Shown: in pieces, positions 61,243-64,000 of the stretch
Numbering within the stretch: the first letter of the stretch is position 1
Layout of the letters: every line of letters starts with the position of its first letter
IMG/VR virus record: IMGVR_UViG_3300034095_001343
Span: 50,930-114,929 of that record
Strand: one strand, 5' to 3'
DNA: 64,000 nt
DNA from: a virus
Program-made: the position numbers and the translations under genes
Notes under the pieces: generated by a model
Told to the model about the DNA's origin: nothing
What the model saw: only the letters and a program-made list of their open reading frames with translations
The model's database searches: none

Positions 61243-61552
61243 AGTTAATATTTTTTTTGAGTTGATGTTCAGTTTCTTCATCCATAATAGCGTTCCATTT
61301 TCCTAATGGACATTCTGATGATAAAGATCTTGTTTTAAATCCTAAGCTACAACCGCATTCACTACAGCATGGTTGGGTTCCCGGTGCAAAACACTTACTG
61401 CCTTCTTTATCCAAAAATAAACATTCTTTACATATAGACCATCTTAATGCTGCTTCTGCTTCAACATGTTCTTTTTTAAATACACTATTCTTAATACCTT
61501 CAAGAATTTGTGGTGTATTTTTAAATGCACCTAAAAATTTTTCTAATCCCAT
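61232..61552 (-). CDS. Cys-rich zinc-finger-like protein (106 aa)
   Basis: RxxICxxC...CxxCGC...KTR.....CPLGKW pattern. Confidence 0.7.
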   Translation of the reverse strand: MGLEKFLGAFKNTPQILEGIKNSVFKKEHVEAEAALRWSICKECLFLDKEGSKCFAPGTQPCCSECGCSLGFKTRSLSSECPLGKWNAIMDEETEHQLKKNINYED

Positions 61553-61557
61553 CTTTT

Positions 61558-61695
61558 TTATTTAATTATAAATGAAATATCCCATTTCAAAAAACATAGA
61601 CTAATTGATCTATAACCAGACCAACTAATATCATTACAATAACTAATAGAAGGTAATAAATAAAAACAATCCAAATTATGAAGTTCTATTTTCAT
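61558..61695 (-). CDS. Small unlisted ORF (45 aa, MKIELHNLDCFYLLPSISY...FLKWDISFIIK)
   Basis: Manual translation. Fills the 61553-61675 gap and overlaps the upstream gene end. Confidence 0.5.
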   Translation of the reverse strand: MKIELHNLDCFYLLPSISYCNDISWSGYRSISLCFLKWDISFIIK

Positions 61696-62050
61696 TCTTC
61701 TTGTTTTTAAATTCTTTCTTTTGTTCTATCATTTCATTCTGCATCTTACGGGCTTGTTCTAGTTTTTCAAGCTTTTCTTTTACACCCATTGTCTTTTCAT
61801 AACCCGCATAAGTTTGTTTACCTAAATTCCCAAGAATATCTTTGTTTCTTTTAATAGTCTTTTCAAGTTTCTGCTTTCTTAAAACAAACGTACCTAAACC
61901 ATCAACAAAAATTCTTGGGTAAGTTAAATTACTCAGATTCTTTCTAAGGTGACTATAGTAAAATGTTATAAAGTCTTCCACTACATTTTCGTGTACACCA
62001 ACCTCTTCTGCAATATTCTCTTTAAAATTTTTATATTTTTTAGGATTCAT
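61676..62050 (-). CDS. HU/IHF-like protein (124 aa)
   Basis: IAEEVGV...V...I...RIFVDGLGTFVLR matches the HU family signature. Confidence 0.65.
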   Translation of the reverse strand: MNPKKYKNFKENIAEEVGVHENVVEDFITFYYSHLRKNLSNLTYPRIFVDGLGTFVLRKQKLEKTIKRNKDILGNLGKQTYAGYEKTMGVKEKLEKLEQARKMQNEMIEQKKEFKNKKNENRTS

Positions 62051-62402
62051 TCCCTAATATTTTAAAATCTAAAAATATTGTACCATTTTCTTGAATTTCC
62101 ATTTTATCATTCAATCTAATAGTCTTTTTATTTTTTCCAGTTTTGGAAATTAAAAACTTTTTAGACGCTTTGGAAATTGAGTTCCTTGCAGATTGTGAAC
62201 TTTTAAAAATTTGTTTTTCTGTAATCAAATCACAAAATTTAGTGAGTTCAATATCTTTATTAAAAGCAAGTTCGGTTAAGCAATCTAAATCAGATAAACT
62301 TATCTGAACATCATTAAAAAAACAATAAGTGAGAATCTGATACTTAATTACACTTTCTCTATTAGTTTTTATTTTTTTTTCAACTTTATTTACTAATGCC
62401 AT
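62040..62402 (-). CDS. Putative winged-helix DNA-binding protein (120 aa)
   Basis: LSDLDCLTEL...SSQSARNSISKASKKFLISK, a wHTH-like arrangement. Confidence 0.45.
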   Translation of the reverse strand: MALVNKVEKKIKTNRESVIKYQILTYCFFNDVQISLSDLDCLTELAFNKDIELTKFCDLITEKQIFKSSQSARNSISKASKKFLISKTGKNKKTIRLNDKMEIQENGTIFLDFKILGNES

Positions 62403-62403
62403 A

Positions 62404-63321
62404 TTATAAACTTATAATTACATCAATCAATCTAGGATCGGGATAAACATCCATCTTATCACGTCTGACGTTAGTGTGAGATAATAAACCTTTTACTTTT
62501 CCATAATAGGCATCTTCCTGAAAACCAAATGCTTTAGTGGCACCTTGTTTTTTAATCCATTGTTGTAAACCAATTCTTAAGTCAATACCATCTCTTTCTC
62601 CGATGTATCTTAACCATTTCTCCACCTCTTCAATTTGCTTATCAGAATACTTATGCCAATATACAAATCCTCTAAATGCCTCATTAAGTGTGATCACCTG
62701 ACTACTGTGAGTTTTGGTTTTGACATAAGTTTTCATATCCTTATCAAGATAACCCATAGCGCATATCTCTAAACCTACAGTTCTTCGATTCATATAACCA
62801 GAACCAGAGTCACCAATATGCCATCCAAGATTACCTTCAGGAAAAGCTTGCACCATTACACCATCATACTTACTTTTCCCATTACTATGATCTTGACCAC
62901 CAAGTACAAACTCAGTAGCAATCTTACCTCTTGTATCTTTACCCCACATATCTATACAAGCATAAGGATTAGCCCCACCAGCTGTGTGATGTAACATTAC
63001 ATACTCATTATCAAGTTTCTCATGTACATACTCAGTCTTAGGTAAAAAATACTTATGAATTGTTTGGTTATACTTAGTTACATAATACTGACTAGATAAA
63101 TCTGTGTCTTGGTCAATAGCTTCTGTAAACCCACCTTTAGATAAAAGCAATGTCCACATTTCATTACCTACAACACCATCTGGTTGAAGTTCATGATGCA
63201 TTTGATATTTAATAACAGCAGCTTTAGTCTTGTCACCAAACTGCCCATCTGGTTTAACACCCAAGATCTGTTGAATCTTTCTTACATCTTCACCCGTATC
63301 TCCTTTTTTTAGCATTTTCAT
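62404..63321 (-). CDS. Endolysin: N-terminal peptidoglycan-binding domain + N-acetylmuramoyl-L-alanine amidase (Amidase_2)
   Basis: LKKG..GEDVRKIQ..LG...DGQFG..T and DGVVG repeats. LHHTAG, GLEIC and SHTNVRRDKMD Zn-amidase motifs. Confidence 0.9.
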   Translation of the reverse strand: MKMLKKGDTGEDVRKIQQILGVKPDGQFGDKTKAAVIKYQMHHELQPDGVVGNEMWTLLLSKGGFTEAIDQDTDLSSQYYVTKYNQTIHKYFLPKTEYVHEKLDNEYVMLHHTAGGANPYACIDMWGKDTRGKIATEFVLGGQDHSNGKSKYDGVMVQAFPEGNLGWHIGDSGSGYMNRRTVGLEICAMGYLDKDMKTYVKTKTHSSQVITLNEAFRGFVYWHKYSDKQIEEVEKWLRYIGERDGIDLRIGLQQWIKKQGATKAFGFQEDAYYGKVKGLLSHTNVRRDKMDVYPDPRLIDVIISL

Positions 63322-63322
63322 A

Positions 63323-63628
63323 TCAGCTACGTCTTAGAGTTCTACGAGAAGATTCCCCTTCTTCCGATTCTTCCATAGCCTTGTTAAAATCTTGTGCTGC
63401 TTCTTCAACAGAAGGATCTTTATCTGCGGCAAAGGCTTGTGCTAAAAACATCTGAGCTTGTACCCGCTTTGCTCTAAACTCTTCAATTTCAGTTAAGAGT
63501 TGTTCATATTCCTTCTGAGCTTTTAAATGAGGAATGTTAGACTTGTAGAATTCAGTGATTTCTTTTCTACGTTGTGTTAATTGTTCCTTAGACAATTGCA
63601 CTTGTTCTTCTGTGAAATTTTCTTCCAT
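63323..63628 (-). CDS. Hypothetical coiled-coil protein (101 aa)
   Basis: Operon-packed ORF downstream of a TAnnTTTG box. Confidence 0.65.
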   Translation of the reverse strand: MEENFTEEQVQLSKEQLTQRRKEITEFYKSNIPHLKAQKEYEQLLTEIEEFRAKRVQAQMFLAQAFAADKDPSVEEAAQDFNKAMEESEEGESSRRTLRRS

Positions 63629-63653
63629 AACTTTGGTTTTATTTATTTATTTA

Positions 63654-63661
63654 CAAATGTA
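63654..63661 (-). promoter_or_regulatory. Bacteroidota-type -7 promoter box TACATTTG
   Basis: Matches TAnnTTTG, 25 nt upstream of the 101-aa ATG. Confidence 0.5.
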
Positions 63662-63686
63662 CCAAAGAACTTTAAATAAAAAAAGT

Positions 63687-63947
63687 TTACAGATTATTTT
63701 TTTTGTCTAGTTCTGTTTTTAATTCTGCACAAAGCTCATACTCTTCCGTCTCTACAAAGTAATCTATAAGTTCATTAATAACATTTTGGGTAACCTCCCC
63801 GTAAGGATTATGCACTAGGAGAGTATGATTACCTTTATCATGATCCTCATCTAATAAATCTTCAAAGCTAACCTTATTAGTAACTATCCTATAAGAACTA
63901 TAATAAGCTCTTTCAAAATCTATATCTTCTTTAATCTCTTCTTTCAT
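63687..63947 (-). CDS. Hypothetical protein; likely true start at MKEEIKED (86 aa)
   Basis: C-terminal YFVETEEYELCAEL segment. GTATATTA box at 63953-63960 lies inside the longer ORF call, favouring the second Met. Confidence 0.55.
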   Translation of the reverse strand: MKEEIKEDIDFERAYYSSYRIVTNKVSFEDLLDEDHDKGNHTLLVHNPYGEVTQNVINELIDYFVETEEYELCAELKTELDKKNNL

Positions 63948-64000
63948 ACTTCTAATATACCAAATTTTTAAATCCAAATCAAATACCCCCCCTTAAATTA

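Noticed and set aside
1007-61306. Numerous 60-191 aa plus-strand ORFs and short alternate-frame minus-strand ORFs in the track (e.g. 17484-18059, 21491-21901, 11002-11217)
   Set aside because: They lie within or antisense to long coherent genes, have Ser/Leu/Phe-rich shadow composition and show no recognisable motifs.
281-63977. Stop-codon reassignment (TAG or TGA), as known in some gut crAss-like clades
   Set aside because: The standard code yields uninterrupted multi-kb ORFs with dense packing, and both TGA (e.g. 60296, 63323) and TAG (59406) act as stops at gene junctions.
63948-63977. N-terminal 10 codons of the 96-aa ORF call
   Set aside because: They contain the recurrent promoter box, so the downstream Met at 63947 is the more plausible start.
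1-64000. tRNA, rRNA or DGR (reverse transcriptase, TR/VR) elements
   Set aside because: Intergenic gaps are short, with no cloverleaf seen. No RT gene or near-duplicate ~100-bp repeat was noticed by eye. tRNAscan-SE and a self-dotplot would confirm.

Overview
AT-rich 64-kb segment of a crAss-like (Crassvirales-type) podophage, probably an environmental lineage infecting Bacteroidota. Almost everything is on the minus strand. In transcription order (right to left) it encodes: an amidase endolysin; HTH, HU/IHF-like and Cys-rich small proteins; a PD-(D/E)XK nuclease; a GroES co-chaperonin; terminase large subunit; portal; scaffold-like protein; major capsid protein; head/neck proteins; a Dps-like ferritin; Cys-rich fibre/hub proteins; a metallophosphoesterase; ring proteins; a 2056-aa muzzle/stabilisation protein with a vWA insertion; three 'cargo'-like proteins; and three giant ejection proteins, including a 5139-aa virion RNA polymerase polyprotein (DFDID motif). 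The C-terminus of nrdA enters convergently on the plus strand at the left edge. Best novel candidates: (1) a structured 3'-UTR RNA at 41701-41780 whose exposed loop is antisense to an AAACCAA motif in the translation-initiation regions of at least three phage genes; (2) modular cargo proteins sharing an xQxGG/KYGG motif, one carrying an ADP-ribosyltransferase-like module; (3) three ejection genes forming one 24-kb reading frame broken by only two stop codons. All family assignments come from motif recognition and gene order; no database searches were run.
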